From: Acidobacteriaceae bacterium
Lineage (GTDB): Bacteria > Acidobacteriota > Terriglobia > Terriglobales > Acidobacteriaceae
DNA: 64,000 bases
Direction of reading: 5' to 3'
Assembly (NCBI GenBank): GCA_025934135.1
Contig: JAICYR010000001.1
Location: forward strand, 16,117 to 80,116
Shown here: piece by piece, positions 27,860 to 37,297 of the stretch
How positions within the stretch are numbered: position 1 is the stretch's first letter
Layout: each line of letters starts with the position of its first letter
The notes under the pieces: generated by a model
Told to the model about the DNA's origin: nothing
What the model saw: the letters and a program-made list of their open reading frames with translations, nothing else
Database searches by the model: none
Made by a program: the position numbers and the translations under genes

Positions 27860-28903
27860 CTAGCCCTGAATGTCCGCGGGCGGCGGCTCGACCGCCACAT
27901 TCCCGCCGCCGTTTTCGAGCGAGGAGTGGATCGCTTCCAGCGCCGCCGTCACCTGCCGGCCGTCGAAGCCGGTGACTCTCGGAGTCGTGTCGTTTTGAAT
28001 CGCGAACAGAAAATCTTCAAGGCACGATGGAAACGCTCCGCGCAGCCGCCCGAAAATATCGGCCATCAGAAATCCCTTGGGATAGGAGAACGACTTTTCC
28101 GTGCTCACCTCGAACGACTCGCGCTTGCGGTCCAGGTTCACGTGACCGGCGGAGCCGACGATCTGAATGAACGAATCGACCACGGTCGGGAACGTATTGG
28201 GATAGACCCATCCCGACTCGAACGTCACGAATGCTCCGGAGGCAAATTTCACCTGGGCCTGAATAATGTCATACGTCGGAATGCCGCGCGCTACCAAGAC
28301 CTCTTTGCGTCCCCATGCCCGCGCCTCCACTGGCTCGCTGCCCAGGAACCACCGCACTAGGTCGATGTCGTGCGCCGAGAGCAGCCACGCCGGACTGGTC
28401 TCGCCCGCCCAGCGAATGTTCTTGGTCGAGACAGCAATGGTGTCGTTCTTGCGCGCGTACCCGGCCAGCGGAATCCCGATCTCTCCGGCGGCAATTGTGG
28501 CGTGCGCCTGGTTGTAGGCCGAGAGCCAGCGATGGTTAAACGCCACTTGGATCTTGCGCCGCTTCTCGCGCGCCAGCCGCAGCAGCGCATCGGCTTCAGC
28601 GGTCTTGGTGGTGAAGGGCTTCTCCACAAAGACGTGGCACCCGGCCTCCAGCGCGTCGTGCGCGAATGCGTAATGCCAGTTGTCCGGAGTCGACACCACC
28701 ACCGCGTCCAGCTTCTCGCGCTCCAGCATCTTGCGGTGGTCGGTGTAGCCGGGAACGCCAAACTCCGCCGCCGCCCCGTCCACCTGCTCCGCGCGCCGCG
28801 CGCACACCGCCGCCACCTTCGACAGCGGATGCTCGCTGAACACCCGGATGCACGTCCGCCCCATTTTTCCAAGCCCGATGATTCCAATTCGTATCTGGTC
28901 CAT
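27860..28903 (-). CDS. Gfo/Idh/MocA family oxidoreductase
   Basis: IGIIGLGKMG, VSTPDNWH, HVFVEKP, FNHRW, HDIDL motifs. AGGAG RBS before ATG 28903. Confidence 0.92.
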   Translation of the reverse strand: MDQIRIGIIGLGKMGRTCIRVFSEHPLSKVAAVCARRAEQVDGAAAEFGVPGYTDHRKMLEREKLDAVVVSTPDNWHYAFAHDALEAGCHVFVEKPFTTKTAEADALLRLAREKRRKIQVAFNHRWLSAYNQAHATIAAGEIGIPLAGYARKNDTIAVSTKNIRWAGETSPAWLLSAHDIDLVRWFLGSEPVEARAWGRKEVLVARGIPTYDIIQAQVKFASGAFVTFESGWVYPNTFPTVVDSFIQIVGSAGHVNLDRKRESFEVSTEKSFSYPKGFLMADIFGRLRGAFPSCLEDFLFAIQNDTTPRVTGFDGRQVTAALEAIHSSLENGGGNVAVEPPPADIQG

Positions 28904-28920
28904 AACTCCTCTTCTGTTCG

Positions 28921-31900
28921 TCACCTTATTTTGACGTGGTGCTCACCCGCCGCCAGCGCCGCGAGGCCCAACTTGCCATCCTTATATATAGGTGTAATCG
29001 CCTTCCCATCCAACTCCACCGAATGCGGCCTGTCGACAGAAGCAATTTCCACCCTCGCGCCCGCCGGAGTATGCAGCGTAAGATTCATGCCGGACGCCGC
29101 ACTCTCCCCCTCCACACTTACCGGAGCCGAAGCATGGAACACCTCACGCCCGTCCCGCTCGACCGAGGTCGCGCCTACGGCCATCCAGCCCGGGCCGTCC
29201 TCCGCTAAAACCGAGCCGTCGGTCTTTACTCCCGAAAGTTGCAGCGGCCCCGCTCCGGTCCGGAACACCACCGCCGCTTGTCCATCCGCCGATTGCAGCC
29301 CTTCTCCCGCTGCCGTCGTGAACGGCTTCAACCCATCGGCATTGCTCTGCTTCCCCAGCTTCACTCCCACCAGGAAATCCGCCGAACGGCCCCGCGCCGA
29401 ATCCAGCCGAAGTTCCTTCGGAGCATCAATCCGCGCCCCATCCAGGCTCTTGAACCGTAGGATCGAAATCGGCATCGTGGCTGTCGTCCACGTCGCATTC
29501 GGCCCCTCCGCCGTGAGGCTCGCGCTCGCCGCACCCAACTGGATGGAAGCATCGGCGCCGCTGGTCTCAACCTTCGCATCGCCCGAAGTGTGGAGCAGCC
29601 ATGAGAACTGGTGCGGCTCCGCCGAACGCACGTGATCGTGGACCACCAGAATGTCCGGCTTCAGGAACACGTACTCGCGCGTGTAACTCTGCAACTGGCC
29701 ATCGTAAGCCGACGTGAGATCAGCATCCAGATAATCGAACCCCGCGCCCAGCAGCGACGCGCTGAAGTGCGGATGCGTGAACCCCGGCCAGTACCGCCCA
29801 TGAAACGCCTGCTGGCTGAAAGCGTCTCCGTCAATCAGCAGCGTGTTGTGCCCCGCCGCCTGCGTGAAGTAGTCCTGATAATGCGGATCGGTATAGTAGG
29901 CGGCGTATCCCGCCTCGTTGACCAGCGTCTGACCGAAGGCCGCCACCTGAAAGCTGCCCTCATCGTGATGCTCATGGTTGAACCACGGCCCCACGCGCAG
30001 CGAAATCACCGTGGCATCCGGCCCCCAGCCGCTGCGCAGCACCGCGCTTCCGCGCTTCGCGAAGATGCGCGAGGGCGGCGGCGCGTCGAACGTCTTGGCC
30101 GGTTCCGAGCAGCACGCCAGGTCCAGCGGCCCCAGCAGTTCCTCCAGATGGTGCCCGTTCTGGTCCGCCGCCGCATCATGCGTCAGGTCCAGATTTGTGC
30201 CCGCCTGATAGAACGAGCGCAGCGCCGGAATCCCCGCGTGCTCCGCTCCCCAGGCGAGTCCGGAAAGCCCCTTCAGGTGTCCGTCAAAGTCACCCGTGTC
30301 CAGTTGCGTTCCGGGCTTCACCGTCGCGTAGTAGGGCCACCAGAAGCCATCGAGCATGGTCTGCGCGCCCTTCGGCTGAATGCCTAAATCCGCCAGCGAA
30401 CTCATGCCCCAGGAAATTCCCTGCATGGCGAAGTTCTCGTAGCCCGCCGGTTCGGCCTCGCTGCCATCGCCGGGAAACAACCCCCGAAGCGCCTCTTCAA
30501 AGGCGTACTCCAACTCGGCAATGGCCGGGGCTTCGCGCCGATTCCATTCCGGAGAATCTCCGGCGGTCGCCACTGCTGCCGCGAGCGCGCCGCCTACCGA
30601 ATTCGCCATCCAGTTGCTCGCCCCAATGGGGTTGCGGTTGTAAAGGACATACTCGCGCACGACCGGCTCAATTGCCTGCTTCCAGAAGCTCTCTTCGACC
30701 GTTGCCCTTTCCTGCGGCGAGAGTTGGTCCGCGATCAGGTCGTAGCCAAAGGCCAGCCGCTGCGCGATGCACCCCACCTCGTAATAGGTATTCATTCCGT
30801 GCTCGCGGAAACGCTCCGGACTCCACGTCTTCCAGCGCGCCACGGCAAGCAGCGCGCGCTGCGCCGCATCCAGCGCATCATGGTCGCCGTTCAGCCGGTA
30901 GTCCAGCGCGTTATAGGCGACGGAGTTGGCGTAGGCTTCCACCATCAGCAGATACGGCGTCAGTTGACCCGCATACGCTGGCCCAATTCCCTGCCCTGAC
31001 GGCATCGCCTCAATGTTGTCTCCGGCCTCCGCGCTGAAGTCGATCTTCGCCGCCAGCGACCGCGCGCGCTCGTGAATGTCCCGCCGGACTTCGGCATACC
31101 GCGCGTCGTGACTCAACTCTTCCAGCCGCTGCTCGGGCAGCAGCAGATGTCCATGCGCGGGCATCGCGCCCAGCACCAGAAATCTGAACCCGGTCTTCGC
31201 GTCGCCCTGCGTGACCTCGGCGCGCCAGAGCCCCGGCTGCGGATCAGCCCCCAGCGATACCTCCGCGCTCTTTTCGCCGGAGCGAAGCGGCACATCCTTT
31301 ACTCGACCGCCCGCCGGATCATACAACGCAATGCTCGCTGGACCATCCGACTCCAATTCAACCCGCAGCGGGGCACCAGCCTGCAACACTTCGCGCGAGA
31401 CTGATGTCCCGCTCGCCCCGTCCACCGCCACTTCCATTTGCGGTGCCACGAGCGCCACCTGCTTGGGACGTGTGGCGCGAAGCGCAAACTCCTCCAACAC
31501 CCATTGAGACTCCGAACCCTTGAGAGGATTCCGCAACCGACCTTGAAGGATGACGGCCTCGATCTTCGTCGGCGACTTCAGTCCAAGTTCCGCGCCCGTG
31601 ATGTGGATCGAGCGCTCACCATTCGCAGAAGGCAGCGCGGCGGTGTACTTGTGCCCATCGGCCCCAACCAGAGTCAGCCGCACATTGCTGAACTCGCCCG
31701 CCGCTTTCAGGCGATACCGCATTTCGACGCTCGCCGCCGGGCCGGCTGAAAACGTCAGCGGGCGGACGAACCCGAACCACGCCTGCTTCTGTCCGTGAGC
31801 ATCGAGCTTGTGAAACAGCACCGTCCCGCTGCCCTGCGGGATTGTGTAGAGCGAAGGGTCGTAACCAACGTCCTGCGCCAGCGGATAGCTCATCCATCCG

Positions 31901-32043
31901 GAGAAGCCGCCGCTCCAGTCCGCCCGATAGGTCCAGGGGGCCATTCGCGGATTCTCGACCTGCCGCGTCTGCGCTGCGCTTCCAAGGCCGATCGACAAAA
32001 TTGCAATCGCCGCTCCAGCAATCACGCGAAAACTTCCTGCCAT
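28921..32043 (-). CDS. Secreted heparinase II/III family polysaccharide lyase-like protein
   Basis: Signal peptide, SNW, DG...E..GY, LRSGW, HEHHDEGSF and GHNTLLIDG motifs. Confidence 0.82.
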   Translation of the reverse strand: MAGSFRVIAGAAIAILSIGLGSAAQTRQVENPRMAPWTYRADWSGGFSGWMSYPLAQDVGYDPSLYTIPQGSGTVLFHKLDAHGQKQAWFGFVRPLTFSAGPAASVEMRYRLKAAGEFSNVRLTLVGADGHKYTAALPSANGERSIHITGAELGLKSPTKIEAVILQGRLRNPLKGSESQWVLEEFALRATRPKQVALVAPQMEVAVDGASGTSVSREVLQAGAPLRVELESDGPASIALYDPAGGRVKDVPLRSGEKSAEVSLGADPQPGLWRAEVTQGDAKTGFRFLVLGAMPAHGHLLLPEQRLEELSHDARYAEVRRDIHERARSLAAKIDFSAEAGDNIEAMPSGQGIGPAYAGQLTPYLLMVEAYANSVAYNALDYRLNGDHDALDAAQRALLAVARWKTWSPERFREHGMNTYYEVGCIAQRLAFGYDLIADQLSPQERATVEESFWKQAIEPVVREYVLYNRNPIGASNWMANSVGGALAAAVATAGDSPEWNRREAPAIAELEYAFEEALRGLFPGDGSEAEPAGYENFAMQGISWGMSSLADLGIQPKGAQTMLDGFWWPYYATVKPGTQLDTGDFDGHLKGLSGLAWGAEHAGIPALRSFYQAGTNLDLTHDAAADQNGHHLEELLGPLDLACCSEPAKTFDAPPPSRIFAKRGSAVLRSGWGPDATVISLRVGPWFNHEHHDEGSFQVAAFGQTLVNEAGYAAYYTDPHYQDYFTQAAGHNTLLIDGDAFSQQAFHGRYWPGFTHPHFSASLLGAGFDYLDADLTSAYDGQLQSYTREYVFLKPDILVVHDHVRSAEPHQFSWLLHTSGDAKVETSGADASIQLGAASASLTAEGPNATWTTATMPISILRFKSLDGARIDAPKELRLDSARGRSADFLVGVKLGKQSNADGLKPFTTAAGEGLQSADGQAAVVFRTGAGPLQLSGVKTDGSVLAEDGPGWMAVGATSVERDGREVFHASAPVSVEGESAASGMNLTLHTPAGARVEIASVDRPHSVELDGKAITPIYKDGKLGLAALAAGEHHVKIR

Positions 32044-32060
32044 TTCCCTTCCTTGATAGG

Positions 32061-33353
32061 TCACTTGGCGTGCATCGGCCGACGGAAGCGGTAAACATGC
32101 ACGTCGTGCGGGGCGAACCAGTCGGTGAATTTTCCGTCCACCACCTTCACGTGCCGGGGCGACTCAAACAGCACCTCGCCATCCTCGATTCCCTGCGGAA
32201 GCCCCGAGAACGACACCTGCACCGTCGGTCCCTCGCGCCGCGACGCCAGAATATAGATATATTCTCCCGCCTCGCGGACCGCATACTCCATCGCCTTGTC
32301 GCCGTCCGAGGTGATTTTCAGCTTCGACGCCGGAGCAATCAGCGCCGGATAAAGCGGCCCCTTCGGGCTCAATTGATCAAGCACCGGCTTCAGTACATTG
32401 TGGTAAAAAGTCCAGTTCCACCCATAAGCGGCATCGCGCGTATTCAGCCCGGCTTTGACGTTTCCTCCGAAATACACCAGCCCGCGCGCGCCGTCGATGA
32501 TCGCCTGATAGGTCATATAGCGCTCGTCCGCGTAGGTCGGGAAGCGCAGCGTCTTTCCCGGCTTGGCCACGCCGCTCCAGCAGATTTGCAGGATCATCAT
32601 TGTCGGCTTGCGGAAGTCCACCGCCTCGCGGATCCTCCGCGCATAATCGCCCACCACGCTCAGGTCCTTGTTGGCAATGCCGGAGTGCGTCCCCGGCGGA
32701 TAGCTGATGGGATAAATATCGACCGCGCCAATGTCCAGATATTTTGAGTAGGGCTTCCAGTCCGCAACCGTGCCGCGCGGCGCCTGCGTAATCCAGATGG
32801 GATGGTGCGGGTCGAGCGCGTGGACGGTGTCGTAGTACGTGCTCAAATCCTGCGGCGGAATCTTGCCCCACTGCGGCTCATCGGCCCCCTTCCAGAAAAA
32901 GATGGACGGATGATCGCGATACTTCTCAACAACGCGCTTCAGTTCCGCGATATGCGCCGTGTCGCCGGACTTGATGTGCTGCAGGTCGTCAATTGAAATC
33001 ACGATGTGCAGCCCTTCCTTGTCGGCCTCTTGCACAAGCGCGTCCAGTTCAGCTTCCTTTTCCGGCCCCCACGTGTGACGCGGGCAGTACCACAATTGGA
33101 AAACATGCCCTTCGCTCGCGAGATACGCCATGGCGTTCTGCCCCCACGGCGTCGCTGCGCCGGTTGGAGGGCCGCCCGTGATCCCGATGGGGAACGTCGG
33201 CGCGCCGTCCACCAGAAACGGGCCGTCGGGCTGCGTCTGCACATCGGTAACGTGAGCGGGAAACGCCTGCGCCCCCGCCGCCACAAAACAGCCGGACGAC
33301 AACATAAGGCCGAGCATCAGGCTCGCATTCTTCAACGGGGACATTTCTCGCAT
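32061..33353 (-). CDS. Secreted glycoside hydrolase-like hypothetical protein
   Basis: Signal peptide. HPSIFFW...DEP, LDPHHP, DIYP and AIIDGARGL..F patterns of TIM-barrel glycosidase-like proteins. Confidence 0.6.
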   Translation of the reverse strand: MREMSPLKNASLMLGLMLSSGCFVAAGAQAFPAHVTDVQTQPDGPFLVDGAPTFPIGITGGPPTGAATPWGQNAMAYLASEGHVFQLWYCPRHTWGPEKEAELDALVQEADKEGLHIVISIDDLQHIKSGDTAHIAELKRVVEKYRDHPSIFFWKGADEPQWGKIPPQDLSTYYDTVHALDPHHPIWITQAPRGTVADWKPYSKYLDIGAVDIYPISYPPGTHSGIANKDLSVVGDYARRIREAVDFRKPTMMILQICWSGVAKPGKTLRFPTYADERYMTYQAIIDGARGLVYFGGNVKAGLNTRDAAYGWNWTFYHNVLKPVLDQLSPKGPLYPALIAPASKLKITSDGDKAMEYAVREAGEYIYILASRREGPTVQVSFSGLPQGIEDGEVLFESPRHVKVVDGKFTDWFAPHDVHVYRFRRPMHAK

Positions 33354-33381
33354 TCCTCCATCCGCCTGCTGACCGGCTGGT

Positions 33382-33397
33382 GTTCATTAGGCAGAAC
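33382..33397. promoter_or_regulatory. Putative operator GTTC-N8-GAAC (third copy)
   Basis: GTTCATTAGGCAGAAC about 30 bp upstream of the 33353 start. Confidence 0.45.
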
Positions 33398-33468
33398 AGT
33401 GATTCTGTACATTAACTGCTGCCAAGAATACCCAACCAAGCGAACTCTTCGCAACCGTCATTCCGCTT

Positions 33469-35544
33469 TTATTGCAAATCAGAATTCCCCACCAGTTTTT
33501 CCAGCGGCGGGAGCGCGTCGTGATCGTGGAAGTTCATCAGCAGATCGCCGAAGCGCGCCTGCGCTCGCCGCCAGTATTCCAATTCAGCGCGCCACCGGCC
33601 CATCGCCGTCGGCAGGCGATAGTCCGTGTACTCGGCCAGCCACTGCCGCCGGTAATCGCCGCGCAGTTGTCCAATCGCATCCATCAGGTCGGCCGTGCGA
33701 CTGTGTACCGACGACGAAATTCCCTGGTGCAGCGTGTCCGCCAACTCCGCTTTGGTCGGGTGCGTCCCAACTGCGGCCCAGGCATCCGCGATCTCCAGCG
33801 CGTAGAGATACTTCATGCCCGCGTAGTCCAGCAGCCGCGCGCCAACCAGCATCGTCCGCAGCGCCTCGGGATGCTCATCCGTGGCAAGCGCGCGATATAG
33901 GGCCTCCTCTGCGTTCTCCGCATGAAGCCGGCATTCGTGCAGGTCTTGACGATGCGGCCTTACCTGCTTCATCAACACCGGCGCGAAGGGGTCTTTCCAA
34001 ACCGCCGCCATCGTCCCCGGCCCGAACACGGCCTGCAGATTTTGCTCCGCCGCATTCAGTTCCGAGTAAGCTGTCGCAACATCCGCCGCCACATTCGCCG
34101 AATACATCTGGCGGCTATAGGCGGCGAAGAACCCGGCCTGATCCATCGGCTGCGACTGCCACGCCGCCGCCGCGCCATAGGCCATTCCCGGCCACGACAT
34201 ACGCAACAGCACCTGCCCATCGTCGGTCCACACCGTGTTGACCAGCCCCAGCGCTTGCGACTTTCTGCCCGCCGCCAGCAGCGTGTCGATGTTCGCAAAC
34301 GTTGTGTCGAAGTCCGGCGCAACTTCATTCCAACTGCTCACGCCCGACGCCACCATGTGCGGAACATGATGCTCCACCAGCGGCGTCAGCCATTGCCGGT
34401 ACTCGGGATCCGGCTTGGGATCGTAGTACCAGGGCAGCGCAATCAGCCCCGGCGGAAGCTGCGAAATAATTCCCGGAAACTTCACCATGATGTCCGCATA
34501 CGCCATCACATGCTTGCCGTGCGACTGAAACTGGTCCGTCACGGTCCGTAACTGCTCCAGAAACAGCCGCACCGGAGTCGCGCCCGCGCCCGCGCTATCC
34601 GCCGCTTTTTGAATGCTGAAGGTCTCGTCAAAGCCGATGTCCACGAATGGGCTGGGGAAAAGTTTGGAAAGCTGCGCGGTCCAGTCCGCCAGCAGCGCCT
34701 TTACCTTCGGGTTCGCTGGATTGAACTCCCCACCATGCGGAAAATCCGCCAGGCCGGAATACTTCTCGATCCGAAATAGATCATGCAAGTGCCCAAACAA
34801 CTCCACCGCCGGAACCACATCAATATGCCGCTGCCGCGCATACGCAATGATCAGCCGTACCTCCGCCTTCGTGAACCGCGCCTGCGGATTCAGTAGCGGA
34901 TATCCATCAAATTGAATGCTGGCTTCCGAATAGAAAAAATATTGATTGCCTTTGTAGCGCGCCAGCAGATCAAGCTGCTTTTCAATCTGCTCCACGGTGG
35001 ACATCGGCCCTTCGCTGCCCACATCCACCAGCGTTGCGCGATACGCCAGCGACGGCCAGTCGCGAATTGTCACGTCGAGAAACTTCGCATCCTTGCCTCG
35101 ACCTTCCGCGAGTTGAAGCAGCGTCTGCACTCCATAAAATACCGCCGCTGAGGACCGGCCTGTAATCTGAATTCCATGCGGGCTTATGGTGAGTTGATAC
35201 GCCTCGCGCGAATCCTGCCCCGGCGTCTCTCCGGGAACAGGCAGCGCGTCCACCGCTCCGGTGCGCTTCAGCACTATGGCCGGACCTTGGGCCGCCGTCT
35301 GGGAAACCGGCAGGCGAATCCCTGTCTTCTGCTCCAGCCCGCGCGCAAGCTCATCTGCGGCGAACCGGTCTTCCGCGCTTGGCTGCGAACCAACGTCGAT
35401 CACCAGCCCCTGAATCGGCACGCTACCCGCGCTGTACTCCACACTCTGCGGCTCCGGCAGCAATCGCGGCCGCTGCGCCGCTGCCGCGCTGATCGTGCCG
35501 CCGCAAAACAGCAGCGCCGTAACACACAATATTTGCAGTTTCAT
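33469..35544 (-). CDS. GH20 beta-N-acetylhexosaminidase-like protein
   Basis: LLPEPQ, EAY.L.I, FYG.QTL.QL, I.DWP..YR, ELFGH, IGFDET (catalytic DE). Confidence 0.85.
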   Translation of the reverse strand: MKLQILCVTALLFCGGTISAAAAQRPRLLPEPQSVEYSAGSVPIQGLVIDVGSQPSAEDRFAADELARGLEQKTGIRLPVSQTAAQGPAIVLKRTGAVDALPVPGETPGQDSREAYQLTISPHGIQITGRSSAAVFYGVQTLLQLAEGRGKDAKFLDVTIRDWPSLAYRATLVDVGSEGPMSTVEQIEKQLDLLARYKGNQYFFYSEASIQFDGYPLLNPQARFTKAEVRLIIAYARQRHIDVVPAVELFGHLHDLFRIEKYSGLADFPHGGEFNPANPKVKALLADWTAQLSKLFPSPFVDIGFDETFSIQKAADSAGAGATPVRLFLEQLRTVTDQFQSHGKHVMAYADIMVKFPGIISQLPPGLIALPWYYDPKPDPEYRQWLTPLVEHHVPHMVASGVSSWNEVAPDFDTTFANIDTLLAAGRKSQALGLVNTVWTDDGQVLLRMSWPGMAYGAAAAWQSQPMDQAGFFAAYSRQMYSANVAADVATAYSELNAAEQNLQAVFGPGTMAAVWKDPFAPVLMKQVRPHRQDLHECRLHAENAEEALYRALATDEHPEALRTMLVGARLLDYAGMKYLYALEIADAWAAVGTHPTKAELADTLHQGISSSVHSRTADLMDAIGQLRGDYRRQWLAEYTDYRLPTAMGRWRAELEYWRRAQARFGDLLMNFHDHDALPPLEKLVGNSDLQ

Positions 35545-35658
35545 TCTGTCTCCGGGAACTTTGGTCGCGGCCTCCGCTTCGCGCCGCGTTAATTTTTATT
35601 GAACAGCTAATCGAACGTGCGGTTACCCTATAATACGAAACGTTGCAAGCCATTCGCC

Positions 35659-37266
35659 ATGCGCAAATTTCTAATTCTCGCCGCCGCCCTCACCTTCGCC
35701 TCGCTTGCCTTCACCGGCCCCAGGCCAGACTCCGGCCCACTGCCGCCCGCGCAAGCCCGCCGCATAACAGCCGACGTGGCAAAAGTCACCGGCCCGCACA
35801 GCCGCTCGCCGCTAATGGTTGTGGGCGCGGGCCGAGCCAACGAGGGCCTGCGAGCCGACTGGCAGGCGCAACTCGCGCTCACGCAGCGCGAGATCGGTTT
35901 CCGCTACATCCGCTTCCACGGACTGCTCGATGACGACATGGGCGTCTACAAGGAGGACGCCGCCGGGAATCCCCGGTACAACTTCCAGTACATTGACGCG
36001 CTCTACGACGCGCTCCTCTCGATGCACGTCCGCCCCTTTGTCGAGCTTTCGTTCATGCCTACTGCGCTCGCCAGCGGAGACAAAACCGTCTTTTGGTACA
36101 AAGGAAACATCACCCCGCCCAAGGACATGAACAAGTGGAAGGGGCTCATCCGCGCTCTCATGACGCATTGGAAGCAGCGTTATGGCGAGGACGAAATATC
36201 AAATTGGTACTTCGAGGTTTGGAACGAGCCGGACCTGAAGATTTTTTTCACCGGCTCCCATCAGGATTACTTCAACCTCTACCAGGCGACCGCCACCACA
36301 ATCAAAGGCGTCTGCCCCACATGCCGCGTCGGCGGCCCAGCCTCGGCCACCCCGCCGTTTGAAAAGGAATTTCTCCAGTACGTCACCGCCAACCACGTTC
36401 CCATCGATTTCATCTCCACCCACATCTACGCCATCAAGCACGGCTTTGTGGACGCAACAACAGGCCGAGTCAGCACAGTCTTTGACACTTCACCGGACGC
36501 CATTGTCGGGCGGATGCGCACTTCGCATGAAAATATCACTCACTCCGCGCAGCCCAACCTTCAGCTTCATTACACCGAATGGGGATCCTCCTACACGTCG
36601 GTTGATCCGCTGCACGATCAGTACCTTCAGGCCAGCTTCCTGCTCGACAAAATCAAGAAAGCCTCGCCCTACGTCACCTCCATGTCCTACTGGACTTTCA
36701 CCGACATCTTCGAGGAGCGCGGCCCGCGCTTCACTCCGTTCTATGGAGGCTTTGGCCTGCTCAATTACCAGAGCATCCGCAAGCCTTCATACTTCGCCTA
36801 TAAATTTCTGAGCGAGCTCGGCACGTCGGATGTAGCCTCGACTGACTCCGCTCCCGGCGGCCCCTGCTCGTGGATCACCCGCACCGGCGATCATCAAGTG
36901 CAGGCGCTCTTCTGGGACTACTCACCCCTCGCGCCGCCCGCCGATTCGGACGACCAGCACTTCTACAATAAGGCGATTCCCGCCGCGGCCACCAAGCCGG
37001 TCGCGCTGACGCTCAACAATCTGCCGGACGGCAATTACAAGCTCACAGTTTATCGCGTGGGCTATGAGCGGAACGACGCCTACACGGCTTATCTGCACAT
37101 GGGCGCGCCTTCGCAGGTCACCAAGCAACAGGTGGCCCAGTTGCAGGCCGTCGCGTCCGGAGCGCCCGCCGAAACGCGCATCGTTCACGTCGTCAACGGC
37201 ACATTCGAGCAGACATTTTCCATGCGCAAAAACGACATTTACTTCGTGACCCTCACGCGCGTTTAG
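35659..37266 (+). CDS. GH39 beta-xylosidase
   Basis: YIRFHGLL.DDM, PFVELSFMP, FEVWNEPD, VGGPA, YTEW, SYWTFTDIFEE. Confidence 0.92.
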   Translation: MRKFLILAAALTFASLAFTGPRPDSGPLPPAQARRITADVAKVTGPHSRSPLMVVGAGRANEGLRADWQAQLALTQREIGFRYIRFHGLLDDDMGVYKEDAAGNPRYNFQYIDALYDALLSMHVRPFVELSFMPTALASGDKTVFWYKGNITPPKDMNKWKGLIRALMTHWKQRYGEDEISNWYFEVWNEPDLKIFFTGSHQDYFNLYQATATTIKGVCPTCRVGGPASATPPFEKEFLQYVTANHVPIDFISTHIYAIKHGFVDATTGRVSTVFDTSPDAIVGRMRTSHENITHSAQPNLQLHYTEWGSSYTSVDPLHDQYLQASFLLDKIKKASPYVTSMSYWTFTDIFEERGPRFTPFYGGFGLLNYQSIRKPSYFAYKFLSELGTSDVASTDSAPGGPCSWITRTGDHQVQALFWDYSPLAPPADSDDQHFYNKAIPAAATKPVALTLNNLPDGNYKLTVYRVGYERNDAYTAYLHMGAPSQVTKQQVAQLQAVASGAPAETRIVHVVNGTFEQTFSMRKNDIYFVTLTRV

Positions 37267-37297
37267 TCCCGCGCACAACTTGTTCAGGAGTGGCTCC

